A DNA stretch of 64,000 nt. It comes from Nitrospirales bacterium (GTDB taxonomy: Bacteria > Nitrospirota > Nitrospiria > Nitrospirales > UBA8639). Positions 37,126 to 50,900 of this stretch are shown piece by piece. The notes below the pieces were generated by a model. That model was not told the DNA's origin, searched no databases, and was given only the letters and a program-made list of their open reading frames with translations. The translations under genes were made by a program, and so were the position numbers. Position 1 is the stretch's first letter, and each line of letters starts with the position of its first letter. The stretch spans positions 2,112,001 to 2,176,000 of the forward strand of contig CBDBCZ010000018.1 of assembly GCA_965203295.1 (NCBI GenBank). Direction: 5' to 3'.

Positions 37126-37583
37126 CCGTATAGCCGGAAAATTTGGTGAGGACTTTAATTTGGCGGTTTGGCGAATCGTAAAAAATCACTAAATTAAATT
37201 CTCGCCAAATTAAATTCTAACGCATTATGTAATACATAACACCCACGCGCGCATGCAGCTACAAGAAAGAAGGTTCCCACTCCACGTACATGTTTCCCCT
37301 CGTCCGGGAAGGATATCAAACTCGCTAACAAAGCTGTAAAGCGCTCTCTATCTGGAAACTCGAAGCATGTCACAGTCATCTCGAGGCAAGTATAACACTA
37401 GTCTTACACGCCAGAAGGGCACAAATTGGAAAGTATGCCGCTGACAACAGAGCAACAAAGGCCGCTACACTCTTTTCGAAGCTTTTGGATAGTAAGATCA
37501 GTGAGCCCAATGCCTCCATTCTCGATTTCAGTGACAAAAACTTTACATTTTCAGCAGCGTTGCCAAATTTTCCGGCTATAAGG
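37126..37583 (+). mobile_element. Internally deleted pogo/Tigger-like (Tc1/mariner superfamily) element, 458 bp
   Basis: TA flanks at 37124-37125 and 37584-37585. 21-bp TIR CCGTATAGCCGGAAAATTTGG (20/21). The internal frame RAQIGKYAADNRATKAATLFSKLLDSKISE resembles the N-terminal HTH of pogo-like transposases. Confidence 0.82.
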
Positions 37584-37721
37584 TAAGTAACTAAAACATA
37601 TGACTGCACAAACTCACAGCGGATTTCTAGCAAAACCTAATTACCTGAACTGCTACATACATTGTACCTATCATTCTCTTTGAGCCTACACAACACAAAT
37701 TTAAGCATGCAAACCTCCGGT

Positions 37722-37937
37722 AGCTTTTGTTGGGCTACATGCAGGATATACACACAAGCTGCAAAGCAACAGACTACATTTGCATAGTTATAGTCACTTG
37801 AAAGGCATCACCACAGTGTACAAACCCCATGTACTTGGGCTGGTGCATTTCAAGCCAGGGTCCATATATACACTACCCTAGGGTGCATGAGGGTTGCTGG
37901 GCAATTGTGATCTCAAAACTGTGAAACAATTAGCAGG
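37722..37937 (+). repeat. Dispersed ~220-bp direct repeat B, copy 2 (between the two PCMT1 exons)
   Basis: Collinear diverged copy of 32342-32562. Confidence 0.88.
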
Positions 37938-37976
37938 TACTATAAAAGCTACTATGGCACAAAGTCATCTCTACCT

Positions 37977-38094
37977 TGGGTCTCTAAGGTGTATAGGATT
38001 TGTACCCTCATGCAGTTGTGAGTCTTCTTTGGGCCTTCCCCCTAAAAAGACACAACTGCCCTTGGGTACAAATCCCCTACACCTAGAAACCCAA
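37977..38094. mobile_element. Degenerate palindromic MITE
   Basis: TTGGGTCTCTA-AGGTGTA..GGATTTGTACCC..GCAGTTGTG pairs with CACAACTGC..GGGTACAAATCC..TACACCTAGAAACCCAA. Confidence 0.7.
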
Positions 38095-38211
38095 ATGCAA
38101 AACTGCAGACATACAGATAGGCACAGAGACCACCTGGCAGATCATCTATTCCCAGTCTGTGTAGTTTGGAAAAACCTTTCATATTACGGAACTGTAATGG
38201 TGAGAACTAAC

Positions 38212-38316
38212 CTATTGATTGAGGAGAATCGTAGTATGGACTATGGGGACAGTAGTTCTTGCGATCTACAGCCTTCATACTTGCTTCTACTCTGGGACTT
38301 TGAATGATGTGTTGTT
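38212..38316 (-). pseudogene. PCMT1: PCMT1 exon 2 equivalent, 105 bp
   Basis: AG/GT-bounded exon encoding QHIIQSPRVEASMKAVDRKNYCPHSPYYDSPQSI(G), versus recalled PCMT1 [35 protein letters not shown]. The frame is intact, but exon 1 and the SAM-binding LDVGSGSG exon were not found. Confidence 0.9.
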
Positions 38317-38748
38317 CTAGCCGGTACAGAAAAACATGTTCGAATGTAATATACATGTTCTGAAAGTATTGCTTACACATGTTAATTAGCTTTATACACA
38401 ATGGGCCACTTTTGAAGTCATATATTGGCGGCTCATGAACCATTTTCACCCCATCAGAATCCTCTTAGCACAGAATCCTTGGGCACTAGCTGCCTTTGCA
38501 CATAGAGTACAACGCATGTACATGTATACCCACCACTTGTAATGCATATGAACATTTCTCAATTCTTAAAGAAAACTGTTATAAAATAATCATACAACAA
38601 CACATTTTTAAGTGAATCCTATAGAGTGCTACTACTGTAACTATGAGAATGTATGTGGACTCCAAAGTTGGGTTCTCCACAGGAAGCTGATGACTGAGCA
38701 AAAGTTACCTCAGGATATACTGATCCAGAACTGATTCTACTGTAGTGC

Positions 38749-38802
38749 TAGTCTCATTCCCAGGCCTCCACACAGCTTTTGTCGCTTGCAGTAACGAGGC
38801 TA
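38749..38802. mobile_element. 54-bp TAG..CTA mini-element
   Basis: TAGTCTCATTCCCAGG...AACGAGGCTA is flanked by CTGTAGTGC / CTGCAGTGC (8/9). Confidence 0.72.
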
Positions 38803-39688
38803 CTGCAGTGCAACTAATACTAATGTGCCTATTACATGTACATATTGATAACCAACTGCTACACAAGCTTTGGTCCCCCATCCCGGACCAAATCCATCAG
38901 GAGCAGTATAAAACAAATCGGTACCGCCAAAAAAGAAATAGTCCCTCTTGATTAGCATTAGGGAGCCATTCCTTTCAGCTGTGTGTACAAGAAATGGTGC
39001 CAAATGTATCACTGCAATCACCTCTATCCACAAGCAGGAAGTCCTTGAAATTAGGATAACATACCTTTCTGTTTTTCTCAACTTTGTATGTAGTGCAGCT
39101 CTAGCTATCTTTTAGAACTTTTTGGACAATGCGCTGCAGCCCTCTTGATAGAAATTTGTAAACTACATATACTTGCCCTACCAGCTCACATTCATTTGTT
39201 GCTGTCTTTCCCATTCCATTTCAGCAAATTTCACTCGTAGCGAGGCTTGGTTGCATAGTGCCATTGGCTTATAAGGGAAATCATGACAGGAACAGAGTGA
39301 TCATCCTACTAGGAAGGGAGACCGAATTACGCATTTCTAGACCACTACCTCAAAGCCTCATCTACTATCTCAGTAATCTTCAGTACCTCTACACAGTTTC
39401 ACTTCCCACTCAGTGCCTAGTAGTAATCTAGGATACACTTCTCATCCTCTTGACTCTATATACACAACAACCGCTTAAGTTTGCACCTATTCCTCCTGCC
39501 TTTCAAAAATTCTACCCCTATAACTTCCTTTATTGTTTCATTGTATATTTAATTTAATTTTTAGAAGACCAGCCAAGTATCTTTTAGCTGCTCCTACGTA
39601 GCTGAATAGATTCTAAAGAAGCTGCCTCCATATTACAAGCTCACACTTCACTACCATCCTCTAAAGTGGGGCAAAGTACCAAAATTAA

Positions 39689-40298
39689 GGTAGGAAGAGC
39701 CTCACCTGGAATCCACAATTCAAATGGACGGCTTTGTTGATAACATGAAAGTCTACCTCGAATTGACAAAAATTTTACATCTAACCACACCCCCTGCTAA
39801 ATAATCCACAAAAACGCAATTTCGGGTTGCTTTAAAATACAAGAAATTTTGGAATCTGCTAGAGCCCCACCCACAGTCTGGCAACAACACCAGTACCTAC
39901 AGAGGACAGGCTACAAACGTAGGGATGCTTTTTCACAGGAATGCTTCAAAGCCAGTTTTACAGCCCTGAACGCATCCAACCACCCCAAAACCCTCATTTT
40001 CGCTATCCTGACTTTCAAAAAAAAATCGGCAACCGCCCACGCTCACCCGACGAATTCGAGCCCTGCATTACAAACTTCAACCTACTCCCACAAAAATTAG
40101 GAATGCGATTTTTTATTCACCCCTCGGTTTCTGAGAACCACCCACCAAAGCTCTCCCTATAAATCTCCAAAGATTTTCACACAACTAGCTATTCGAGCTA
40201 ATTTAAAAAAAATGGGCAGGGCCTACAGACCCGAAAGGTGACTATTCTAGCCTACCTGAGATGGGCAAAAACCTGCCACTATCCGTCTGTCTGTCTGT
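39689..40298. mobile_element. Kolobok-like element, second copy truncated by satellite
   Basis: TTAA + GGTAGGAAGAGCCTCACCT, then near-identical to 29182-29791. It breaks in a (CTGT)n tract directly into satellite, and the right TIR is absent. Confidence 0.88.
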
Positions 40299-43200
40299 AG
40301 TTACTTTGGCTTAAAGTCTTTGCTAGAGACCTACAAAACTAACAATTTTCAATAAAATCCTTCTTTCCTAATCTTCAGACTAACATCATTCAAACTAAAC
40401 AAGCCTTTGAACAACCAGTTCTTTTCCTAAACAGTTAGGAAGGGTCAGATCAATGGTAGCTAGTTACTTTGGCTGAAAGTCTTTGCCTGAGACCAACAAA
40501 ACTAACAATTTTCAATAAATCCTTCTTTCCTAATCTTCAGACTAACATCAACCAAACTAAACAAGCCTTTGAATAACCAGTTCCTTTCTTGAACATCGAC
40601 ACTTCCTAAACATGTATTGTATCCGACTAACATCATTAAAACTAATCAAGCCTTTCAATAACCAGTTCCTTTCTTGAAGAGCGATACTTCCTAAGCATGT
40701 ATTGTATCTGACTAACATCATTCAAACTAAACAAGCCTTTGAATAACCAATTCTTTTCCTAAACAGTTGGGAAGGGTCAGATCAATGGTAGCCAGTTACT
40801 TTGGCTGAAAGTCTTTTCCTGAGACCAACAAAACTAACAATTTTCAATAAAATCCTTCTTTCCTAATCTTCAGACTAACATCAACAAAACTAAACAAGCC
40901 TTTGAATAACCAGTTCCTTTCTTAAACATCGACACTTCCTAAACATGTATTGTATCCGACTAACATCATTAAAACTAATCAAGCCTTTGAATAACCAGTT
41001 CTTTTCCTAAACAGTTGGGAAGGGTCAGATCAATGGTAGCTAGTTACTTTGGCTCAAAGTCTTTGCTAGAGACCAACAAAACTAACGATTTTCTATAAAA
41101 TACTTCTTTCCTAATCTGCAGACTAACATCAAGCAAACTAAACAGGCCTTTGAATAACCAGTTCCTTTCTTGAAGATCGATACTTCCTAAGCATGTATTG
41201 TATCTGACTAACATCATTCAAACTAAACAAGCCTTTGAATAACCAGTTATTTTCCTAAACAGTTGGGAAGGGTCAGATCAATGGTAGCCAGTTACTTTGG
41301 CTAAAAGTCTTTGCCTGAGACCAACAAAACTAATCATTTTCAATAAAATCCTACTTTCCTAATCTTCAGGCTAACATCAACAAAACTAAACAGGCCTTTG
41401 AATAACCAGCTCTTTTTCTAAACAGTTGGGAAGGGTCAGATAAATGGTAGCAAGTTACTTTGGCTTAAAGTCTTTGCTAGAGACAAAAAAACTAACAATT
41501 TTAAATAAAATTCTTTTTTCCTAATCTGCAAACTAACATCAGGCAAACTAAACAAGCCTTTGAATAACCAGTTCCTTTCTTGAAGATCGATACTTCCTAA
41601 GCATGTATTGTATCTGACTAACATCATTCAAACTAAACAAGCCTTTGAATAACAAGTTCTTTTCCTAAACAGTTGGGAAGGGTCAGATCAATGGTAGCCA
41701 GTAACTTTGGCTGAAAGTTTTTGCCTGAGACCAACAAAACTAACAATTTTCAATAAAATCCTACTTTCCTAATCTTCAGGCTAACATCAACAAAACTAAA
41801 CTTACAGGCCTTTGAATAACCAGCTCTTTTTCTAAACAGTTGGGAAGGGTCAGATAAATGGTAGCAAGTTACTTTGGCTTAAAGTCTTTGCTAGAGACAA
41901 AAAAACTAACAATTTTAAATGAAATCCTTCTTTCCTAATCTGCAAACTAACATCAACCAAACTAAACAAGCCTTTGAATAACCAGTTCCTTTCTTGAACA
42001 TTGATACTTCCTAAGCATGTATTGAATCTGACTAATATCATTCAAACAAAACAAGCCTTTAAATAACCAGCTCTTTTTCTAAATAGTTTGGAAGGGTCAG
42101 ATAAATGGTAGCTAGTAACTTTGGCTTAAAGTCTTTGCTAGAGACCAACAAAACTAACAATTTTCAATAAAATCCTTCTTTCCTAATCTTCAGGCTAACA
42201 TCAACAAAACTAAACAGGCCTTTGAATAACCAGTTCTTATTCTAAACAGTTGGAAAGGATCAGATAAATGGTAGCTAGTTACTTTGGCTTAAAGTCTTTG
42301 CTAGAGACCAACAAAACTAACAATTTTCAATAAAATCCTTCTTTCCTAATCTTCAGACTAACATCATTCAAACTAAAACAAGCCTTCTTTGAATAACCAG
42401 TTCTTTTCCTAAACAGTTAGGAAGGGTCAGATCAATGGTAGCTAGTTACTTTGGCTGAAAGTCTTTGCCTGAGACCAACAAAACCAACAATTTTCAATAA
42501 AATCTTTCTTTCCTAATCTTCAGACTAACATCAACCAAACTAAACAAGCCTTTGAATAACCAGTTCCTTTCTTGAACATCGACACTTCTTAAACATGTAT
42601 TGTATTCGACTAACATCATTATAACTAATCAAGCCTTTGAATAACCAGTTCTTTTCCTAAACAGCTGGGAAGGGTCAGATCAATGGTAGCTAGTTACTTT
42701 GGCTCAAAGTCTTTGCTAGAGACCAACAAAACTAAAGATTTTCTATAAAATACTTCTTTCCTTATCTGCAGACTAACATCAAGCAAACTAAACAAGCCTT
42801 TGAATAACCAGTTCCTTTCTTGAACATCGATACTTCCTAAGCATGTATTGTATCTGACTAACATCACTCAAACTAAACAAGCCTTTGAATAACAAGTTCT
42901 TTTCCTAAACAGTTGGGAAGGGTCAGATCAATGGTAGCCAGTTACTTTGGCTGAAAGTCTTTGCCTGAGACCAACAAAAACTAACAATTTTCAATAAAAT
43001 CCTTCTTTCCTAATCTTCAGACTAACATCAACCAAACTAAACAAGCCTTTGAATAACCAGTTCCTTTCTTGAACATCGATACTTCCTAAGCGTGTATTGT
43101 ATCTGACTAACATCATTCAAACTAAACAAGCCTTTGAATAACCAGTTCTTTTCCAAAACAGTTGTTAAGGGTCAGATCAATGGTAGCCAGTTACTTTGGC

Positions 43201-46200
43201 TGAAAGTCTTTGCCTGAGACCAACAAAACTAACAATTTTAGATAAAATCCTTCTTTCATAATTTTCAGGCTAACATCAACAAAACTAAACAGGCCTTTGA
43301 ATAACCAGCTCTTTTTCTAAACAGTTGGGAAGGGTCAGATAAATGGTAGCAAGTTACTTTGGCTTAAAGTCTTTGCTAGAGACAAAAAAACTAACAATTT
43401 TAAATAAAATCCTTCTTTCCCAATCTTCAGACTAACATCAACCAAACTAAACAAGCCTTTGAATAACCAGTTCCTTTCTCGAACATTGATACTTCCTAAG
43501 CATGTATTGTATCTGACTAATATCATTCAAACAAAACAAGCCTTTGAATAACCAGCTTATTTTCTAATAGGTTCGGAAGGGTAAGATCAATGGTAACTAG
43601 TAACTTTGGCTTAAAGTCTTTGCTAGAGACCAACAAAACTAACAATTTTCAATACAATCCTTCTTTCCTAATCTTCAGGCTAACATCAACAAAACAAAAA
43701 AGACCTTTGAATAACCAGTTCTTTTCTAAACAGTTAGGAAGGGTCAGAAAAATGGTAGCTAGTTACTTTGGCTTAAAGTTTTTGTTAGAGACCAACAAAA
43801 CTAACAATTTTCAATAAAATCCTTCTTTCCTAATCTTCAGAATAACATCATTCAAACTAAACAAGCCTTTGAATAACCAGTTCTTTTTCTAAACCGTTGG
43901 GAAGGGTCAGATAAATGGTAGCTAGTTACTTTGGCTGAAAGTCTTTGCATGAGACCAACAAAACTAACAATTTTCAATAAAATCCTTCTTTCCTAATCTT
44001 CAGACTAACATCATTCAAACTAAACAAGCCTTCTTTGAATAACCAGTTCTTTTCCTAAACAGTTAGGAAGGGTCAGATCAATGGTAGCTAGTTACTTTGG
44101 CTGAAAGTCTTTGCCTGAGACCAACAAAACTAACAATTTTCAATAAAATCCTTCTTTCCTAATCTTAAGACTAACATCAACCAAACTAAACAAGCCTTTG
44201 AATAACCAGTTCCTTTCTTGAACATCTACACTTCCTAAACATGTATTGTATCCGACTAACATCATTAAAACTAATCAAGCCTTTGAATAACCAGTTCTTT
44301 TCCTAAACAGTTGGGAAGGGTCAGATCAATGGTAGCTAGTTACTTTGGCTCAAAGTCTTTGCTAGAGACCAACAAAACTAAAGATTTTCTATAAAATACT
44401 TCTTTCCTAATCTGCAGACTAACATCAACCAAACTAAATAAGCATTTGAATAACCAGTTCCTTTCTTGAACATCGATACTTCCTAAGCATGTATTGTATC
44501 TGACTAACATCATTCAAACTAAACAAGCCTTTGAATAACAAGTTCTTTTCCTAAACAGTTGGGAAGGGTCAGATCAATGGTAGCTAGTTACTTTGGCTCA
44601 AAGTCTTTGCTAGAGACCAACAAAACTAACGATTTTCAATAAAATCCTTCTTTCCTAATCATCAGACTAACATCAACCAAACAAAACAAGCTTTGAATAA
44701 CCAGCTCTTTTTCTAAATAGTTTGGAAGGATCAGATAAATGGTAGCAAGTTACTTTGGCTTAAAGTCTTTGCAAGAGACCAACAAAACTAACAATTATCA
44801 ATAAAATCCTTCTTTCTTAATCTTCAGGCTAAAATCAATGAAACTAAACAGGCCTTTGAATAACCAGTTCTTTTTCTAAACAGTTGGGAAGGGTCAGATA
44901 AATGGTAGCTAGTTACTTTGGCTTAAAGTCTTTGCTAGAGACCAACAAAACTAACAATTTTTAATAAAATCCTTCTTTCCTAATCTTCAGATTAACATCA
45001 TTCAAACTAAACAAGCCTTTGAATAACCAGTTCTTTTCCTAAACAGTTAGGAAGGGTCAGATGAATGGTAGCTAGTTACTTTGGCTGAAAGTCTTTGCAT
45101 GAGACCAACAAAACTAACAATTTTCAATAAAATCCGTCTTTTCTAATCTATAGAATAACATCAACCAAACTAAACAAGCCTTTGAATAACCAGTTCCTTT
45201 CTTGAACATCAACACTTCTTAAACATGTATTGTATTCGACTAACATCATTAAAACTAATCAAGCCTTTGAATAACCAGTTCTTTTCCTAAACAGCTGGGA
45301 AGGGTCAGATCAATGGTAGCTAGTTACTTTGGCTCAAAATCTTTGCTAGAGACCAACAAAACTAAAGATTTTCTATAAAATACTTCTTTCCTTATCTGCA
45401 GACTAACATCAAGCAAACTAAACAAGCCTTTGAATAACCAGTTCCTTTCTTGAACTTCGATACTTCCTAAGCATGTATTGTATCTGACTAACATCATTCA
45501 AACTAAACAAGCCTTTGAATAACAAGTTCTTTTCGTAAACAGTTGGGAAGGGTCAGATCAAAGGTAGCCAGTTACTTTGGCTGAAAGTCTTTGCCTGAGA
45601 CCAACAAAAACTAACAATTTTCAATAAAATCCTTCTTTCCTAATCTTCAGACTAACATCAACCAAACTAAACAAGCCTTTGAAATACCAGTTCCTTTCTT
45701 GAACATCGATACTTCCTAAGCGTGTATTGTATCTGACTAACATCATTCAAACTAAACAAGCCTTTGAATAACCAGTTCTTTTCCAAAACAGTTGTTAAGG
45801 GTCAGATCAATGGTAGCCAGTTACTTTGGCTGAAAGTCTTTGCCTGAGACCAACAAAACTAACAATTTTAGATAAAATCCTTCTTTTCTAATTTTCAGGC
45901 TAACATCAACAAAACCAAACAGGCCTTTGAATAACCAGCTCTTTTTCTAAACAGTTGGGAAGGGTCAGATAAATGGTAGCAAGTTACTTTGGCTTAAAGT
46001 CTTTGCTAGAGACAAAAAAACTAACAATTTTAAATAAAATCCTTCTTTCCTAATCTTCAGACTAACATCAACCAAACTAAACAAGCCTTTGAATAACCAG
46101 TTCCTTTCTTGAACATTGATACTTCCTAAGCATGTATTGTATCTGACTAATATCATTCAAACAAAACAAGCCTTTGAATAACCAGCTTATTTTCTAATTA

Positions 46201-46984
46201 GTTCGGAAGGGTCAGATCAATGGTAACTAGTAACTTTGGCTTAAAGTCTTTGCTAGAGACCAACAAAACTAAAAATTTTCAATAAAATCCTTCTTTCCTA
46301 ATCTTCAGACTAACATCAACAAAACTAAAAAGGCCTTTGAATAACCAGTTCTTTTCTAAACAGTTAGGAAGGGTCAGATCAATGGTAGCTAGTTACTTTG
46401 GCTTAAAGTTTTTGTTAGAGACGAACAAAACTAACAATTTTCAATAAAATCCTTCTTCCCTAATCTTCAGAATAACATCATTCAAACTAAACAAGCCTTT
46501 GAATAACCAGTTCTTTTTCTAAACAGTTGGGAAGGGTCAGATAAATGGTAGCTAGTTACTTTGGCTTAAAGTCTTTGCTAGAGACCAACAAAACTAACAA
46601 TTTTCATTAAAATCCTTCTTTCCTAATCTTCAGACTAACATCAACCAAACTAAAAAAGCCCTTGAATAACAAGTTCCTTTCTTGAACATCGATACTTCCT
46701 AAGCGTGTATTGTATCTGACTAACATCATTCAAACTAAACAAGCCTTTGAATAACCAGTTCTTTTTCTAAACAGTTGGGAAGGGTCAGATCAATGGTAGC
46801 TAGTGACTTTGGCTTAAAGTCTTTGCCAGAGACCAACAAATCTAAAAATTTTCAATGAAATCCTTCTTTCCTAATCTTCAGACTAACATCAACCAAACTA
46901 AACAAGCCTTTGAATAACCAGTTCCGGTCTTGAACATCGATACTTCCTAAGCATGTATTGTATCCGACTAACATCATTCAAACT

Positions 46985-47900
46985 AAACAAGCTAAAACAA
47001 TTTCTTTCCTAGACAGTTGGGAAGGGTCAGATCAATGGTAGCTAGTTGTTATGACTGAAAGTTTCCTGAGACCAATAAAACTAAAATTGTACCTATTATT
47101 AGTGAAAACCCTTACTTTCTAAGCATGTATGTATTGTATCCGACAAACATCATTTAAACTAAACAAATGATTGAATCATAAACCAGTTCCTTTCCAAGAC
47201 AGTTCGGAGGGGTCAGATCAATGGTAGCTAGATACTTTGGCTGAAAGTCTTTACCTGAGACCAACAAAACTAACAATTTTCAATAAAATCCTCCTTTCCT
47301 AATCTTCAGACTAACATCAACTAAACTAAACAAGCCTTTGAATAACCAGTTCCTTTCTTGAACATCGATACTTCCTAAACATGTATTGTATCCGACTAAC
47401 ATCATTCAAACTAAACAACCTATTAAATCTTACACAAATTTCTTTCCTAGACACTTGGGAAGGGTCAGATCAATGGTAGCTACTTAGTTTGGCTGAAAGT
47501 CTTTGCCCGAGACCAATTAAACTGATAATTTTCAGTCAAATCCCTTACTTCCTAAGTATGTATTGTATCTGACTAACATCATTCAAACTAAACAAGCTAT
47601 TGAATCTTAAACCAGTTCTCTACGTAAACAGTTAGGAAGGGTAAGATCAATGGTATCTAGTTGTTTTGACTGAAAGTTTTCTGAGACCAATAAAGCTAAA
47701 ATTGTACCAATTATTAGTGAAAACCCTTTCTTTCAAAGCATATATGTATTGTATCTGACAAACATCATTTAAACTAAACAAATGATTGAATCTTAAACCA
47801 GTTCCTTTCCAAGACAGTTGGGAAGGGTCGGACAAATGGTAGCTAGTTACCTTGGCTTAAAGTCTTTGCCAGAGACCAACAAAATTAACAATTTTTGAAT
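46985..47900 (+). repeat. Diverged satellite variant block, copy 2
   Basis: Same diagnostic variants in the same order as 19381-20300. Confidence 0.9.
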
Positions 47901-50900
47901 AAAATCCTTCTTTCCTAATCTTCAGACTAACATCAACCAAACTAAACAAGCTTTTGAATAACCAGTTCCTTTCTTGAACTTCGATACTTCCTTAGCATGT
48001 ATTGTATTTGACTAACATCATTCAAACTAAACAAGCCTTTGAATAACCAGTTCTTTTTCTAAACAGTTGGGAAGGGTCAGATCAATGGTAGCTAGTTACT
48101 TTGGCTCAAAGTCTTTGCTAGAGACCAACAAAACTAACGATTTTCAATAAAATCCTTCTTTCCTAATCTTCAGACTAACATCAACCAAAGTAAACAGGCC
48201 TTTGAATAACCAGCTCTTTTTCTAAACAGTTGGGAAGGGTCAGATAAATGGTAGCAAGTTACTTTGGCTTAAAGTCTTTGCTAGAGACCAACAAAACTAA
48301 CAATTTTCAATAAAATTCTCCTTTACTAATCTTCAGACTAACATCAACCAAACTAAACAAGCCTTTGAATAACCACTTCCTTTCTTGAAAATTGATACTT
48401 CCTAAGAATGTATTGTATCTGACTAATATCATTCAAACAAACAAGCCTTTGAATAACCAGCACTTTTTCTAAATAGTTCGGAAAGGTCAGATCAATGGTA
48501 GCTAGTAACTTTGGCTTAAAGTCATTTCAAGAGACCAACAAAACTAACAATTTTCAATAAAATCCTTTTTTCCTAATCTTCAGGCTAACATCAACAAAAC
48601 TAAACAGGCCTTTGAATAACCAGCTCTTTTTCTAAACAGTTGGGAAGAGTCAGATCAATGGTAGCTAGTTACTTCGGCTTAAAGTCATTGCTAGAGACCA
48701 ACAAAACTAACAATTTTCAATAAAATCCTTCTTTCCTAATCTTAAGACTAACATCAACCAAACTAAACAAACCTTTGAATAACCAGTTCCTTTCTTGAAC
48801 ATCGATACTTCCTAAAAATGTATTGTATCCGACTAACATCATTAAAACTAATCAAGCCTTTGAATAACCAGTTCTTTTCCTAAACAGTTGGGAAGGGTCA
48901 GATCAATGGTAGCTTGTTACTTTGGCTCATAGTCTTTGCTAGAGACCAACAAAACTAACGATTTTCAATAAAATCCTTCTTTCCTAATCTTCACACTTAC
49001 ATCAACCAAACTAAACAAGCCTTTGAATAACCAGTTCCTTTCTTGAACATCAATACTTTCTAAACATGTATTGTATCCGATTAACATCATTAAAACTAAT
49101 CAAGCCTTTGAATAACCAGTTCTTTTCCTAAACAGTTGGGAAGGGTCAGATCAATAATAGCTATTTACTTTGGCTCAAAGTCTTTGCTAGAAACCAACAA
49201 AACAAACGATTTTCAATAAAATCCTTCTTTCCTAATTTTCAGACTAACATCAAACAAACTAAACAAGCCTTTGAATAAACAGTTCCTTTCTTGAACATCG
49301 ATACTTCCTAAGCGTGTATTGTATCTGACTAAACTAATCAAGCCTTTGAATAACCAGTTCTTTACCAAAACAGTTGGGAAGGGTCAGATCAATGGTAGCC
49401 AGTTACTTTGGCTGAAAGTCTTTGCCTGAGACCAGCAAAACTAACAATTTTCAAAAAAATCCTTCTTTCCTAATCTTCAGGCTAACATCAACAAAACTAA
49501 ACAGGCCTTTGAATAACCAGCTCTTTTTCTAAACAGTTGGGAAGGGTCAGATAAATGGTAGCAAGTTACTTTGGCTTAAAGTCTTTGCTAGAGACCAACA
49601 AAACTAACAATTTTCAATAAAATCCTTCTTTCCTAATCTTCAGAATAACATCAAACAAATTAAACAAGCCTTTGAATAACCAGTTCCTTTCTTGAACATT
49701 GATATTTCCTAAGCATGTATTGTATCTGACTAATATCATTCAAACAAAACAAGCCTTTGAATAACCTGCCCTTTTTCTAAATAGTTCGGAAAGATCAGAT
49801 CAATGGTAGCTAGTAACTTAGGCTTAATTAAAGTCATTGCAAGAGACCAACAAAACTAAAAATTTTCAATAAAATCCTTCTTTCCTAATCTTCAGGCTAA
49901 CATCAACAAAACTAAACAGGCCTTTGAATAACCAGTTCTTTTTCTAAACAGTTGGGAAGGGTCAGATAAATGGTAGCTAGTTACTTTGGCTTAAAGTCTT
50001 TGCTAGAGACAAATAAAACAAACAATTTTCAATAAAATCCTTCTTTCCTAATCTACAGACTAACATCATTCAAACTAAACAAGCCTTTGAATAACCAGTT
50101 CTTTTCCTAAACAGTTAGGAAGGGTCAGATCAATGGTAGCTAGTTACTTTTGCTGAAAGTCTTTGCCTGAGACCAACAAAACTAACAATTTTCAATAAAA
50201 TCCTTCTTTCCTAATCTTCAGACTAACATCAACCAAACTAAACAAGCCTTTGAATAACCAGTTCCTTTCCTGAACATCAACACTTTTTAAAAATGTATTG
50301 TATCCGACTAACATCAATAAAACTAATTAAGCCTTTGAATAACCAGTTCTTTTCATAAACAGTTGGAAAGGGTCAGATCAATGGTAGCCAGTTACTTTGG
50401 CTGAAAGTCTTTGCCTGAGACCAACAAAACTAACAATTTTCAATAAAATCCTTCTTTCCTAATCTTCAGACTAACATCATTCTAACTAAACAAGCCTTTG
50501 AATAACCAGTTCTTTTCCTAAACAGTTAGGAAGGGTCAGATCAATGGTAGCTAGTTACTTGTGCTGAAAGTCTTTGCCTGAGACCAACAAAACTAACAAT
50601 TTTCAATAAAATTCTTCTTTCCTAATCTTCAGACTAACATCAACCAAACTAAACAAGCCTTTGAATAACCAGTTCCTTTCTTGAACATCGACACTTCCTA
50701 AACATGTATTGTATCCGACTAACATCATTAAAACTAATCAAGCCTTTAAATAACAGGTTCTTTTCCTAAACCGATGGGAAGGGTCAGATCAATGGTACCT
50801 AGTTACTTTGGCTTAAAGTCTTTGCTAGAGACCAACAAAACTATCAATTTTCAATAAAATCCTTCTTTTCTAAGCTTCAGACTAACATCACTCAAACTAA

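Noticed and set aside
38377..38445. Candidate PCMT1 exon 1 (FKSGPLCIKLINM|GTAAGC)
   Set aside because: Resemblance to MAWKSG is poor, and splicing to exon 2 would create TAA.
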